Shown: positions 1-12,673, counted from the first letter of the stretch. The stretch is DNA of 64,000 nucleotides from Octopus sinensis (GCF_006345805.1 NC_042999.1:9858001-9922000); one strand, 5' to 3'. Translations and numbers: made by a program. Notes: generated from the sequence alone by a model not told the origin.

Positions 1-231
1 TATATATATATGTGTGTGTGTGTGTGTGTATGTATATATATATAATATATATGTTATATGTGTATGTATATGTATATATGTATATATATATGTATATATA
101 TATGTATATAATATGTATATATATATATATGTATATATAGTATATATATATATCTATAAATATATGTATGTATACATATATGTATGTATACATATATATA
201 TGTATACATATTTATATGTATATATCTGTAT

Positions 232-265
<34 letters not shown>

Positions 266-350
266 ATGTATATGTATATATATGTATATGTATATATATA
301 TATATGTATATGTATATATATGTATATGTATATATATATGTATATGTATA

Positions 351-383
<33 letters not shown>

Positions 384-548
384 CCATACATATGTATATG
401 TATATATATATGTATATATATACATATATAAATACATACATACATATATACATATATATAATACATTATATACATACAACATATATATATAGCATATATA
501 AATACATACATATACATATGTATATATATACGTATATGTATGTATATA

Positions 549-580
<32 letters not shown>

Positions 581-637
581 GGATATATATACATATATAT
601 ATATATATATGTATATGTATATATATATGTATATTAT

Positions 638-695
<58 letters not shown>
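1..695. repeat. (TA)n/(TATG)n microsatellite
   Basis: Continuous TA/TG/CA dinucleotide-type low complexity; ORFs here are YI/VC artefacts. Confidence 0.97.
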
Positions 696-707
<12 letters not shown>

Positions 708-849
708 AATATGTGTGTGGTGGGTATGTGTGATGTATCTGCGGAACTGTCAAAAGTTGGCTCTCGTTATTGCTGTTTGGATGATGTTGTTGAAAGTTGT
801 TGCTGTTCCTAAACGGAACGAAACTAACAAATCGCTCGTTCAACCAACA

Positions 850-1242
850 GTGCTACCACCGCCACTACAACAGCCATCGCTACCAATAACATCACCGTCA
901 GCATCATCATCAGCTATACTGTCAATACCGCCACCATCGCCATACCACCGACGACGAAACCACAACACCACTTACACCACCGTCACCACTTCCACTGCCG
1001 CCAAGACTACTACCATCTACCTCTCTCTCTACCATTGTTGCCATTGGTACCACCACCATCACCATCACCGCTATTAGCATCACTGTCGCCTCCGCCAACA
1101 CCGTCTTATAATCTACAACAATAGTTACCTTCAGCAGCATCAGCAGCAGCAGCATCGCCGTCGATGTCATCATTATCGTCGAAACCGTCGTCGCTGTCAT
1201 CATCACCACCATCATCATTATTACCGTCACCACCACCACCAT

Positions 1243-1281
<39 letters not shown>

Positions 1282-1545
1282 AGTCACGACCTCATCATTA
1301 TCATTATCGCCATCATCATCATCATCATCATCATCAACAACAACATCATCATGACCTCCATCATCATCATTATCATCTTCACCATCATTTGTACCTATCA
1401 CTACCATCATCATTATTACCGTCACCACTACCATCATCATCATCATCATCCTCATCACCACCCCTATCTTCGCCATTATCCTCGACACCACCACTACCAC
1501 CATCCTCCTCCTCCTCCTCCTCATCATCATCATCATCATCATCAC
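850..1545. repeat. Compound (CAT/CAC/CAG/CCT)n trinucleotide repeats
   Basis: Runs of CATCAT, CACCAC, CCTCCT. Confidence 0.93.
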
Positions 1546-1785
1546 CGCTGCAAACATCCATCGTTCTTCCTCTCCACTTTCGCTCGCCTCTTCATCTCGC
1601 TTCTCCCGAAAAACAACAAACAGACTTTTGCACGTTTTCCTTTCCCTCGCTCGGCGATGTTGCTTTTACTCCAGCCGTCCTCATTGGACAATGAAGGGGA
1701 GAGGGGGGAAAAGGAGATGGCCACGTGCCTCTTCCCGCGCAGACGCACGTTCGCCATGGCTCCGGCACGCGCCGCTTCCGCTCAC

Positions 1786-1843
1786 CTGGCAATGCAACCG
1801 TCATGCACGGGACCAGGTCGCGTGCGCCCGAACCCCTGACAAT
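1786..1843 (-). CDS. Candidate 58-nt exon of an unidentified host gene (IVRGSGARDLVPCMTVALP-G, or a 5' UTR exon)
   Basis: Minus strand: CTGACTACAG acceptor at 1844 and CCAG|GTGAGC donor at 1785; upstream AACAG|GTAAGA donor at 1924 gives an 81-nt intron; CpG-rich unique sequence. Confidence 0.3.
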
Positions 1844-1957
1844 CTGTAGTCAGCGAACGGGGTGGAGGGATTCGGTTGCCCTACTCCCTCGAGGGGTCTT
1901 ACCACCTGTGGTAGAATTTCTTACCTGTTTGTTTATATCTACCCTTTTTCTACTCCT

Positions 1958-2003
<46 letters not shown>

Positions 2004-2266
2004 CTCCCTCTCATCCCGTTCCCGGTCCCGTCTATCATCGGCTCCGGTCGTTTTTGGGGAGGTTTTTGATTGTAATTTTTTCTTTCTGTTGTTCCCCATC
2101 TTACTGGGGACCCTTCTAGCTAAAAGGGGCGAATGTTCGAGTAAAATGAGAATACATACAGCCGACACAAAATGGATATTGTAATAAAACGGCATAAGGA
2201 AACACGCACCACAACACACACACACAGATATACATGCACATACGCACGCACGCACGTAGTGCACCC

Positions 2267-2311
<45 letters not shown>

Positions 2312-2519
2312 ATATATATATAGGCGTGTGTAGGTGTGTGTGAACGTTAAGTAAGAGGACAATGGTGAAGAGGATAGGAAAACGAATAAGGAGAGAGGGA
2401 GAGATGGAGAGTGCACGGGTGAGATTGAATAAGGAAATAAAAAAATGAATATATACAGAGATTGTTGAAAATACAGCAACTGTGTATCGTGGGTGTATGC
2501 ATATGTAAGTAGTTGAGAA

Positions 2520-2553
<34 letters not shown>

Positions 2554-2879
2554 CGTGCATGTGTGTTGGGGTGGGTGTCTGTGTGTCTGTGTCTCTCTCT
2601 CTCTCGCTCTTTCTCTCACTCAGTGTATTCCTACTAATTAAGTAAAAGCGAGTTAACCAAACGGCTGGAAAGGCAACAAATAATAATAATAACGATAATA
2701 ATGATAATAATAATGATAATAATAATGATAATGATGATAATGATAATAGTTTCAAACTTTACCACAAACACTAATCTTCCATTATATTAATTAATATTAT
2801 AATATATTTCATGTGCAAAAATCAGAACACTCGACGCTGAAAGTTATACAAGCACGCGCGCACTCGCACGCCTTTATAT

Positions 2880-2892
2880 ACACACATTCATA

Positions 2893-2928
<36 letters not shown>

Positions 2929-2930
2929 CC

Positions 2931-2961
<31 letters not shown>

Positions 2962-3142
2962 ATATATATTATCTAATATACCTGTGAGTATAATATATAT
3001 AGTATATACCTGTGAGTATATATATATATATATAATATATATATATCTATATAAATATATATATATATTATATATAATGTCATATTGTATATGTATATAT
3101 ATATTAAATGTGTATATATATATGTATATATAGATGTATATG

Positions 3143-3173
<31 letters not shown>

Positions 3174-3244
3174 GTATATGTATTATATGTATATAAATTA
3201 TATATACAATATATATATGTATGTGTATATATATGTCTATAAAT

Positions 3245-3285
<41 letters not shown>

Positions 3286-3445
3286 CTATATGTATATGTA
3301 TATAATATATATGTATCTATGCATATATTATAGTATATATATATATATCTGCATCCTTACAACTCCACTTTGTTATATATATATACATATATACATATAT
3401 ATATAGATATACCTGTGTATATATATATATATGTATGTATGTATG

Positions 3446-3485
<40 letters not shown>

Positions 3486-3632
3486 AATATATATATATAT
3501 GGGTGTTTGTGTAGTATATATGTGTAACTATATATATATTTAATTCATGTATATTACATATATGTATGTGTGTGTGTGTGTATGCATGTATATGTATACA
3601 TATACATATATATATACATATATACATATATA

Positions 3633-3673
<41 letters not shown>

Positions 3674-3700
3674 TATGTTTGTATATGTACATATATATAT
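2880..3700. repeat. (TA)n/(TATG)n/(TATC)n microsatellite block
   Basis: Direct inspection. Confidence 0.95.
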
Positions 3701-4140
3701 GAGTGCTTGTGCGCATGCAACCTCTCTATGTATGTATCTATAATGTATGCATGTATAGTATTTCCAGATCTACATAAGGGCGCATGTGCACTTTATTTCC
3801 TGAAAAGCGGTCGTAAATTTTCGTTAACGTTTGGCTTGAAAGAAAGGACTTGTGTTCGCCTGTACACAAGGAACTAGTGATGGAAATAAATAAATAAATA
3901 AACAAATGGATATAATTCCTTAAACCAACAAAATAGAATATAAAAATTTAAGTAGATAAATAATATATAAAAATAAAATTTGAACTTTAGACATAAGAGG
4001 AAATAAAACTTTCACTTTCTCAACTCTTGTCACAAAACGCTCTTATCATAATCGCTGCCCAACGAATAGAAATGGCAGTAAAAACTTTCAGAGACTCAGC
4101 GCATGTCTGCTGAATTTTGTCACGTTTTATTATATATAAT

Positions 4141-4527
4141 ACTAGCAGTATCGCCCGGCGTTGCCCGGGTTTGTTTCGACCCTTTAGAATTGGAATTTTT
4201 GAAAAGTAAAAATTGTGCATTATGTAGCTTGTTATTCTTTTTAAGTGAACATTTTTCTGGTTGAAATACATCGAAAAATGGAGACACAGCAGTCAAAAAA
4301 TCGTAAAAAATAGTGATTTCATAGAGAAAAAGCACCTTTTTGATGTAAGTAATTTTTGGTGTTAACATGGTCTGATTTGAATTCTATCTTCTACGGAAGA
4401 AAGAGCAAGACTTCTTCTATCATACTCTCAATTTTGGTCAACTTGCGCCGCAGGGTCTCGTAGGAGATAGTGTTGGTTGAAGGCTACCAAACCTGCCATA
4501 CACAGACAACTTCAGCTTTATATATAG
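4141..4527 (+). mobile_element. Non-autonomous Helitron-like element
   Basis: 5' end ACTAGCAGTATCGCCCGGCGTTGCCCGGG and 3' end ACAACTTCAGCTTTATATATAG; no TSD seen; same termini recur at 6745 and 34597; resembles Lep1/DINE-type rolling-circle elements. Confidence 0.65.
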
Positions 4528-4544
4528 AGAGATATATACTCTTT

Positions 4545-4756
4545 TACTCTTTTACTTGTTTCAGTCATTTGACTGCAGCCATGCTAGCGCACCGCCTTAT
4601 TCGAGTAAATCGACCCCAAGACTTGTTCTTTGTAAGCCTAGTACTTATTCTATCGGTCTCTTTTGCCGAACCGCTAAGTTACGGGGACATAAACACACGA
4701 GCATCTGTTGTCAAGCGAAGTTGGGGGAACAAACATACACACACACATACACACAG

Positions 4757-4760
<4 letters not shown>
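4545..4760 (-). mobile_element. Octopus tRNA-derived SINE family A, 3' half
   Basis: ACTTGTTTCAGTCATTTGACTGCAGCCATGCT...GTACTTATTCTATCGGTCTC...AAACACAC, matches many other copies in the window. Confidence 0.85.
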
Positions 4761-4829
<69 letters not shown>

Positions 4830-5093
4830 GAAACACTCCTGTCACAACCTGGGACCTTGAAGACTGCTTTAATGCAAGAAAGTATTCCAGTCCCTTAATA
4901 TTTGATATTCAACATTTCATCTATTCAATAAGACAATCAATGCTTCATTTCATTTTACTATATATACTATTTATACTATATATTCTATATTCTACATTAA
5001 TATTATAAAGAATATAAATAAAACATAAAAAACAGAGTTGGAATTCCTTTGAATAAAATATATCCTTCTATACACAATCATACAAACCCCTTT

Positions 5094-5151
<58 letters not shown>

Positions 5152-5649
5152 TTTCTTCCACTTCCTTCCTAAAGACAAGACGTGCATTTGCTTGTCCCTT
5201 CTCAAAACTCGTTTTCCCCACTTCACCTTTTTGTGGCTGAACAGCCTTCACGGTTTGTTCTTACTGTTTTGTTTTTGTTACCAATTTAACTCTCTGAAAA
5301 AAATCCCAATTTTCATTTAAATTGCTTTGCGGGAAGAACTGTTTTAACTGATTCGCGTCTTGTCCCTACCTTCGAAAAGCGGAGTAGATAAATCAGGGGA
5401 CAACTAATGAAGGGAATGTTCTTTATGTTGCCTGTCTCGCGTCTCCTTTCTCTATTTGCTTCTTTCGTTGTTCGAAAAAAAAGTTCGTTTTCCGTGCTTT
5501 TGTTTTTTATGTTCTCCTTTCTCGTTTTGTTCCTGTATTTTGACGTCCTGTACCCATACGTGCATGTTTATATATACATATATATGTATATGTGTATGTG
5601 TATATACGCATATATATTATTTATATTATATTATGTATATATATATATA

Positions 5650-5721
<72 letters not shown>

Positions 5722-5723
<2 letters not shown>

Positions 5724-6150
5724 GCGATGCAACCTTTCTTTTTCTTCCTGGGAAATCAAAGCATCAGAACGCAGGACCTGGCGCCAGGCCTGCTCCTCCT
5801 TAGTTCAAAGATTTGAGCAAAGTCGACTCCAGCATCGGGACCAACTTCGTGCTAAAATGAAGGCACTCATCCAAAACACTGTTCCTCTAAATGGAAGCCT
5901 TACCTGTCATTGTGGTGTTGTGGCACGAAGCAAATCAGTCCTTGCCATCCACTCAAGAAAATACATAGCAAATGAACCACAAGCACTCAAGCAAAATGAG
6001 TCCTCAACTTGTTCCCTTTGCCAAAAGGTTTACAAAGCACCAACAGGCCTAAAGAGACACGTTCGTGTCCATAGAATATGACTAATGCTCTATTCTGCTG
6101 AACCCTCGTTTGTCGTTCATGACGAGAGAATCCATCAAGTATAAATATAT
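5722..6150 (+). pseudogene. 5'-truncated RTE-clade LINE 3' end with two C2H2-like zinc fingers
   Basis: SWEIKASERRTWRQ...RFEQSRL...CHCG...HSRK...CSLCQKVYKAPTGLKRHVRVH*, typical RTE-BovB C-terminus; abuts (TG)n. Confidence 0.7.
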
Positions 6151-6744
6151 CCTGGGTGCGATGAGTAAATTGTCGCCATTTTATATTTTTTAATTTTGCG
6201 TATGCGCATTGTTTGTTATTGATTTGGACATCTACACAGTATAGTAGGGTCAGTTGGGCACCGTCTGTGAGAAAAACAGCACCATGACACAATTCGCTCT
6301 ATCACAAGGCCACTGAACCCGGAACCTTGTGGTTGGGAAGCAAGCTTCTTACCTCACAGCCACGCTAGATATTGTAGATAGATATGTTTATCTATATTCA
6401 CACACACACTCACACACACACACACACATAAACATACACACACAGTCACTCACATGACATCCCTAATTATACTTTTTGTTCATTTGATGTCAGACAAAAC
6501 ATATTCTATGTTCTCTCGGTTCAAATTTTTCTATTATTTCCTTATATTTTATTTTATTTTATTTTTCTTGAATTCTAATTCATTTATTTATTTTTAATAT
6601 GAAAATCAATTTCTTTTATTCCAATTTTTTATAATTTATTCTTCCGATTTACTTTGGTTAACCGAAGTCACTCTCTTCCATTACAGCGTTTTTTCTTTTA
6701 TTTTTTTCAACCATTTTCTTTCTCTTATTTTATTTATTTATTTA

Positions 6745-7400
6745 CTAGCAGTATCACCCGGTGTTGCTCGGGTTTGTTTCGACCCTTTAGAATTGGAATT
6801 TTTGAAAAGTAAATATTCTGCATTATGTAGCTTGTTATTCTCTTTAAGTGAACATTTTTCTGGTTGAAATACACCGAAAAATGGCGTCACAACAGTCAAA
6901 ATATCGTAAAAAATAGGGATTTTCAAAGAAAAAAAGCAGCACCATTTTGATGTAAATAGTTTTTGGTCTTGACATGGTCCGAATTTGAATTTTTTCTTCT
7001 ACGGAAGGAAGAGCAAGCCTTCTTCTATCATACTCTCAATTTTGGTCAACTTGCGCCTTCAACTAACACTATCTTCTCCGAGACCCTGTGGCGCAATTTG
7101 ACCAAAATTGAGAGTACGATAGAAGAAGGCTTGCTCTTCATTTCATAGAAGATAAAATTCAAATCTGACCTTGTTAACACCAAAAATTATTTACATCTAA
7201 AAGGTGCTTTTTTTCTATGAAAATCCCTATTTTTTACGATTTTTTGACTGCTGTATCGCTATTTTTCGGTGTATTTCAACCAGAAAAATGTTCACTTAAC
7301 GAGAATAACAAGCTACATAATGCAGAATATTTACTTTTCAAAAATTCCAATTCTAAAGGGTCAAAACAAATCCGAGCAACGCTGGACGATACTGTTAGTA
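6745..7400. mobile_element. Two Helitron-like copies fused tail-to-tail (about 310-bp arm palindrome)
   Basis: 6745-7057 forward and 7055-7400 reverse copies of the 4141 element; junction at GCC. Confidence 0.8.
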
Positions 7401-7519
7401 TATATATATATATATATATATATGCTAAAAAATAAGTCGCAAGCTTTTAAGAATTGAAATTTTGTTGCAATTTCATCAATTCCGACTTCAGATTTATATT
7501 ATTAATTGCTCCAAAGGCG

Positions 7520-7745
7520 GTGTGTTGATAGATTCATTAGCGTGTGCCGGACAAAATACTAAACAGCATTTCTTCCGGCTCTTTACGTTTTGAATTCAAA
7601 TTCTGCTGCAGTCAACTTTACCTTTCACCCATCCGAGACCTCTAAAAAATAAAGTACCAGTTAAATACTGAGGTCGATGTAGTCTACTAACACTTCCTAC
7701 AAAAACTGCTGGCCTTGTGCCGAAATTTGAAAGCTTTGTTAATTG
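7520..7745 (+). mobile_element. Octopus SINE family B (degenerate)
   Basis: TTCAAATTCTGCTGCAGTCAACTTTACCTTTCACCC...GGCCTTGTGCC matches the 8247 copy. Confidence 0.75.
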
Positions 7746-7804
7746 TTCCCTCATTAATTAAACCCTTGGTTCTGATTTTCGTAGTTAGCATGGAAAACTT
7801 CATC

Positions 7805-8030
7805 TATCTTTTACTTGTTTCACTCATTAGACTGTGGCCATGCTGGGGCACCGCCTTGAAGAATTTTTTAGTCGAATGAATCGACTGCAGATTTTACATT
7901 TTTAAAAAAAAAGTCTAGTACTCATTCTATCGGTGTTTTTTTTTTTTGCCGAACAGCTAAGTTACAGGGACGTAAACATATTAACACAGATTGTCAAACG
8001 GCAATGGGGTAACACAAACGTACACACACA
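7805..8030 (-). mobile_element. SINE family A, 3' half
   Basis: ACTTGTTTCACTCATTAGACTGTGGCCATGCTGGGGCACCGCC... Confidence 0.8.
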
Positions 8031-8096
<66 letters not shown>

Positions 8097-8188
8097 CATT
8101 ATTATTATTATTGTTGTTGTTGTTGTTATCGTTATTATTATTGTCATCATCATCATCATCATCATCATCATTATTATTATTATCTTCT

Positions 8189-8236
<48 letters not shown>

Positions 8237-8246
8237 TATTATTATT
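8030..8246. repeat. (ATT)n/(CAT)n microsatellite
   Basis: Direct inspection. Confidence 0.95.
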
Positions 8247-8490
8247 AAGGCGACGACCTGGCAGAATGGTTAGCCTGTCGGGCGAAATGCTTAGCTGCAT
8301 TTCGCCCGTCACTACGGTCTGAGTTCAAATTCTGCCGAGGTCGACTTTGCATTTTATCCTTTCGGGGTCGATGAAATAAGAACCAGTTGAGTACTGGGGT
8401 CGATGTAATCGACTAGCCCCTTTCCCCTAATAAATTTCAAGGCCTTGTGCCTTTCGTAGAAAGGATTATTATTATTATTATTATTATTAT
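8247..8490 (+). mobile_element. Octopus tRNA-derived SINE family B, full length, (ATT)n tail
   Basis: AAGGCGACGACCTGGCAGAATGGTTAG head, B-box-like GAGTTCAAATTC, central CCTTTCGGGGTCGATGAAATAAGAACC resembling the Meta-SINE domain, ATT tail. Confidence 0.85.
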
Positions 8491-8491
8491 C

Positions 8492-8718
8492 ATTGCATTT
8501 GCACAGCTTCTAACGCTGGAGAGGTAATGCGGTATCAGCTGTTCACCACCAGTGAACTAAGGCAACACCCCTTATTTTTCGAGCACCTTCCGGAGTATTC
8601 GAGCGGTTCCATCCTTATTGCAGCCCCTATTTGTTCCACATACTTCTCGAGATTTTTGCTCACTGTTCCCAGGGCTCCGACAATTATTGGTACTACTACT
8701 ACCTTTTTCCTCGACAAC
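8492..8718 (-). pseudogene. R4/Dong-clade non-LTR retrotransposon 3' fragment
   Basis: VVVVPIIVGALGTVSKNLEKY...GTARILRKVLE across two frames, the C-terminus of the restriction-like endonuclease; ends in (TAA)n. Confidence 0.8.
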
Positions 8719-8945
8719 TGTCGGCGAGCTGGAAAAATCGTTATCAAGCCGAACAGAATGCTTTGCTATATTTCGTCCGTCTTTACGTTCTGAGTTCAAA
8801 TTCTGCCGAGGTCAACTTTACCTTTCATCCTTTCGGTGTCGATAAAACAAGTACCAGTTGCATACTGGGGTCGATCTAATCGACTACCCGCTTCCCCTGA
8901 AATTTCAGGTCATGTGCCTTTAGTAGAAAGGATTATTATTATCAT
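8719..8945 (+). mobile_element. SINE family B
   Basis: GGCGAGCTGG...TTCTGAGTTCAAATTCTGCCGAGGTCAAC...TAGTAGAAAGGATTATT. Confidence 0.85.
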
Positions 8946-9468
8946 TACTTAATAAACACAGTATATACTTTTATGAGCTGTTAATAATTTCATGCGATGG
9001 AAACATCTTAGTATTTCATAACACGTCTACTGCCTTAAGCGCAATCCTCAGATTCTGTCCACTTGACATAACAAGCTAAAACTATTTCTTTGGCTTCAGT
9101 TCAAATCATCTCGGTGTCGACTGTAACTTGTAATCTTCTGGGTTAATAAGATAACAGTTAATAAGCCAGGGCCTATTCAGAACTTTGTAATACATACGTA
9201 CTCTCCAAACCACAAAGACCGTTGATAGTTGGTTGCAGAGTTCTGTAGTTTCCAAGGCAGACATGACCGAACATCGAGTTAAATTCTTTGTAACATCTAA
9301 ATTTATCCTTTTTATTCAAATTTCGCTGAAGACAATTTGCCTCCGGGGCAAATACTGTACGGACTAGCTGTATCCTTGTCTTGGGACCCTCAGCTCCTTG
9401 ATGGAACTGTCCGGCGACATCATGACGTGTCTTGGGTAATGCTTTTTTAAACCTTGCGGAGCCCATAC

Positions 9469-9504
9469 CTCTCTAGATCCGACAATAACTGTTGCTTCCG
9501 GAAG
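9469..9504 (-). CDS. Candidate 36-nt micro-exon (LPEATVIVGSRE or FRKQQLLSDLE)
   Basis: Long polypyrimidine tract ...TTCTCACGGTCTGTCTTCCTAG acceptor and GAG|GTATGG donor; length is a multiple of 3. Confidence 0.3.
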
Positions 9505-9694
9505 CTAGGAAGACAGACCGTGAGAAAGAATGTGAGAGAAAGAGAAAAATCGATTCCAGTATATGAGTGGGACTTATCGATTCCGAAAGGACAATTTGAC
9601 ATCGGTTGGATTTGAACTCAGAAAATAAAAAATTGCTGCAATCTATCCTATTCCCTAATGACTCCACCAATTGATGCTTTCTCCTATTCATATA

Positions 9695-10871
9695 CAGCGA
9701 CCCCTCGTTTATCGCGGTAGATTGGTTCCGAGACCGGCCGCGATAACTGAATTTCCTCGGCGAAGTAGGGACACCATATTTACAGTATTTATCTAACGTG
9801 TATTAGGACTTTTAAAACCCTCCCTGTACTGTTAACAACTCACCCATTACAGTAGTCTATTAATAACTAGGACAACTGTTAAGCAATAACACTTTAGATT
9901 TAAAAAGAAAATAAAGATTGTTACTGAATTCAATACGAAAGAAGTTGAAGTAAAATTTGAATGATGATGGTGATGAATTTGCTGCGCAGTAGAAATGATG
10001 ATGATGAAGCTGACGGCGGTGCCCTTTCCTAGGACACCTCTTCCACTTCTTCCAAAGATGCAACCGTAGTAGTTGCAGCAGGAACTGACTCTTTTTTGCG
10101 AGGCTGCAAGAACATTCTGATAGGAAGTTGCTGCCGCTGCTTCCTTTTCTGTTCAAAGAGCATCTTGTAGGGATTCATGACTTCGTTGACCTTGTTGCAA
10201 AATTGCACAGAACGAACCATATCGTCGCCCCATTCCTCTGAACCCTCTTTCAATTTTTTAGCCAGGCTGCAGAGCTTGGCCAGCCGTTCCAAAGTCAGAC
10301 CAGTTTGGTCGACAACTTTTTCCGTTTCTTGTTGCGTTTCTTCTTCTTTGCTGGCCGGCTTCGTCAAGTCTTCGAGGTCTGCGTCGGTTAGCGGCTGCGA
10401 GTAGCAGTCTAATAACGCGTTAGAAGAAGCAGCATGCTTCCAGCCTTGGAAGACGCAGCGCAGCGTAAAGTAGTACAGTAAACCACTCAGCGAGAAAGCT
10501 TGAAGCGAAATGGCCGCGAGACAGAGACAAGGGAAGATGCTGCGGATCTGAGCATCGGTCAAAGCACCAATCACAGGCCAGATTATAAAATAGAAAGCTG
10601 TGATTCGTCGTCTCTCTCCATTGCACCAATCACAGCCCGTCTTAAGTTCAAATATCTCTGTATATGCTTTTTTGCTATTTTACGCTTGTTTTGTTGTTCC
10701 TAGACTAGGAAATAATATTTATTATTAATATTTTAATGGATTTAATGAAAAATTTTAGGTGTTCATATATATATATATTTTTAAAATAAGCGAAGTCGTG
10801 AATCCGCGATAGTTGAACCGCGAAGACGGGAATCCGCGATAGTTGAACCGCGAAGTAGCAAGGGATCATTG
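9695..10871 (-). mobile_element. Internally deleted Tigger/pogo DNA transposon
   Basis: TIRs CAGCGACCCCTCG / CAATGATCCCTTG, TA TSD at 9693 and 10872; ORF 10029-10574 encodes a Tigger-type C-terminus (QPLTDADLEDL...YKMLFEQKRKQRQQLPIRMF). Confidence 0.8.
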
Positions 10872-11167
10872 TAATGCAATTGTTGATCTTCCTGCCAACA
10901 ATATATAACGTCCGGTACTAATGCTAATCGCCTAGAATCTAAAACGTGGTTTCTCATGACGTTCGTGCGTTCGAATGTTACACTTTCACCAATTTTATCA
11001 AAAGCATTTTCAAGGGGTACAGATTTAAGCATTGAAATAAGAAAATAGACAGTTTTCTATAAGTTTTTTTTTTTACTTTCTTATTGCGATGCATTTTTCG
11101 AAATATTCTCTCATTTCGTAGAATTTCCACGGTTCCTGATGGTGTTGTCGTTGTTATTTATGTTGTC

Positions 11168-11230
<63 letters not shown>

Positions 11231-11232
11231 TT

Positions 11233-11643
11233 ATGAAAGCTCTCATCTTATTTTGTTGTCCACAGCCAGTTGACAAAGGTGACACTTGTTTACTGGTCAT
11301 GCTTCAAGAATCCTGCGGAAAATTCTTGCAGTTCTTAGCAATGCTGATTTTCAATGGTGTTCTACCAATTTTTTGGGAACTACGTTGGAAGTTGAGTATA
11401 GATACTTCCAAGTGCGTCAATTACTGTTCGTATCACATCCACTCTCCACAACCTTCATATTTCCCACTCCAAATCGTCCTACTTGTTCAGTTTTTCTCCA
11501 TTCACTTTGATCCTGTCCTCACCGGGACATGCTAGGTCGATTATCATCCAAGTATTTTTTCATTTTTTATTCACCTGGTTTTCGATATCTGGTGAGGTGA
11601 TCGCCGTGAATCATAGATTCCCCACAAGATTTTGCAATTTTCG
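11233..11643 (-). pseudogene. R4/Dong-clade retrotransposon 3' fragment within (TAA)n
   Basis: KILW...KP...IIDLACPGEDRIK...DLEWEI*RLW...ARILRKIL, degenerate PD-(D/E)xK endonuclease; TAA repeats on both sides. Confidence 0.8.
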
Positions 11644-11649
11644 TTATTA

Positions 11650-11706
<57 letters not shown>

Positions 11707-11734
11707 TATTATTATTATTATTATTATTATAGAC

Positions 11735-11900
11735 CACAGAAACTGAAAGAAGCCCGTCATATGTATATGTGTGTGCGCGTGTTTGTGTGTCTGTATTTGT
11801 TCCCCCAACCATCGCTTGACAACCGATGTAGGTGTGTTTACGTCCCCGTAGCTTGGCCGTTCGGCAAAAAGAGACCGATAGAATAAGTACTTGGCTTGAA
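11735..11900 (+). mobile_element. SINE family A, central part
   Basis: GAAACTGAAAGAAGCCCGTC...CCGATAGAATAAGTAC. Confidence 0.8.
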
Positions 11901-12626
11901 AACACACACACAAAAACATAAATCTACTAAACATACTTTTTAATACTTTTCTAAATATTTACTCAAAGATTGTTATTCTTTTTCCTTATTTTCCGTAAAA
12001 CTTTTATTGGTTTTCTTATTTTTGTTTCTTTTTTTTGTTCATTATTTTTTTTTGTTTCCTTTCCGTTGTTGCTTGTTCCGGTGTCATTAACGGTCTTTCT
12101 GTCTGTCTAATTGTTTGTCTGTCTTGTTTACTTGTTGTTTTATGAGGTCCCCCCTATTAACTCCTGTTTGAAGGCTTGGAAAACAAAATCAAACTCATAA
12201 AAGTTGGAGAAAAAAAAAAGGGGGGCAGAAAATACCAGTTAATAATTATCACATTAAATATTGGATTATTTATTTGTGATTATAATAAGCGAACAACATG
12301 TCAACCTTGTTTAACAAAAGAGATTAAGATTGAGAGAAAAACGAACAGAAACGGATCTGGTGAAAGCCTGGCATTGACACAAAGAATCAAAGAGGAAAAC
12401 GAAATAGGTGAACAGTCGGTCCGATGGAGAGAGAGAGGAATGGAGAAGCGGACAGTGTGAGTGTGTGTCTGAGTATGTGTGGGAGTGTGTGTGTGTGTCT
12501 GAGTATGTGTGGGAGTGTGTGTGGATATATATATATAAAAACACACACATACATGAATGCATGTAAATGTATGTGTTTTGTATGTACGTATGTATGTATA
12601 GATAGGTAATCTCAAAGATAAATACA

Positions 12627-12673
<47 letters not shown>

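Noticed and set aside
14-1557. Long ORFs (230 aa, 211 aa and others) in the ORF track
   Set aside because: Translations of TA, CAT and CAC microsatellites; the same applies to the ORFs at 14060-15411, 23481-24348, 40623-41357 and 61656-62641
1542-1757. MANVRLRGK ORF with perfect GCCATGG Kozak context
   Set aside because: Lies just downstream of a strong splice donor, ends in a microsatellite after 71 aa and has no recognisable homology
9325-9360. CTGAAGA followed by hairpin ATTTGCC/GGCAAAT
   Set aside because: No GAAA or stem III follows, so it is not a hammerhead
9173-9466. 97-aa minus-strand ORF in unique sequence
   Set aside because: No recognisable motif; its ATG coincides with the candidate donor GTATGG
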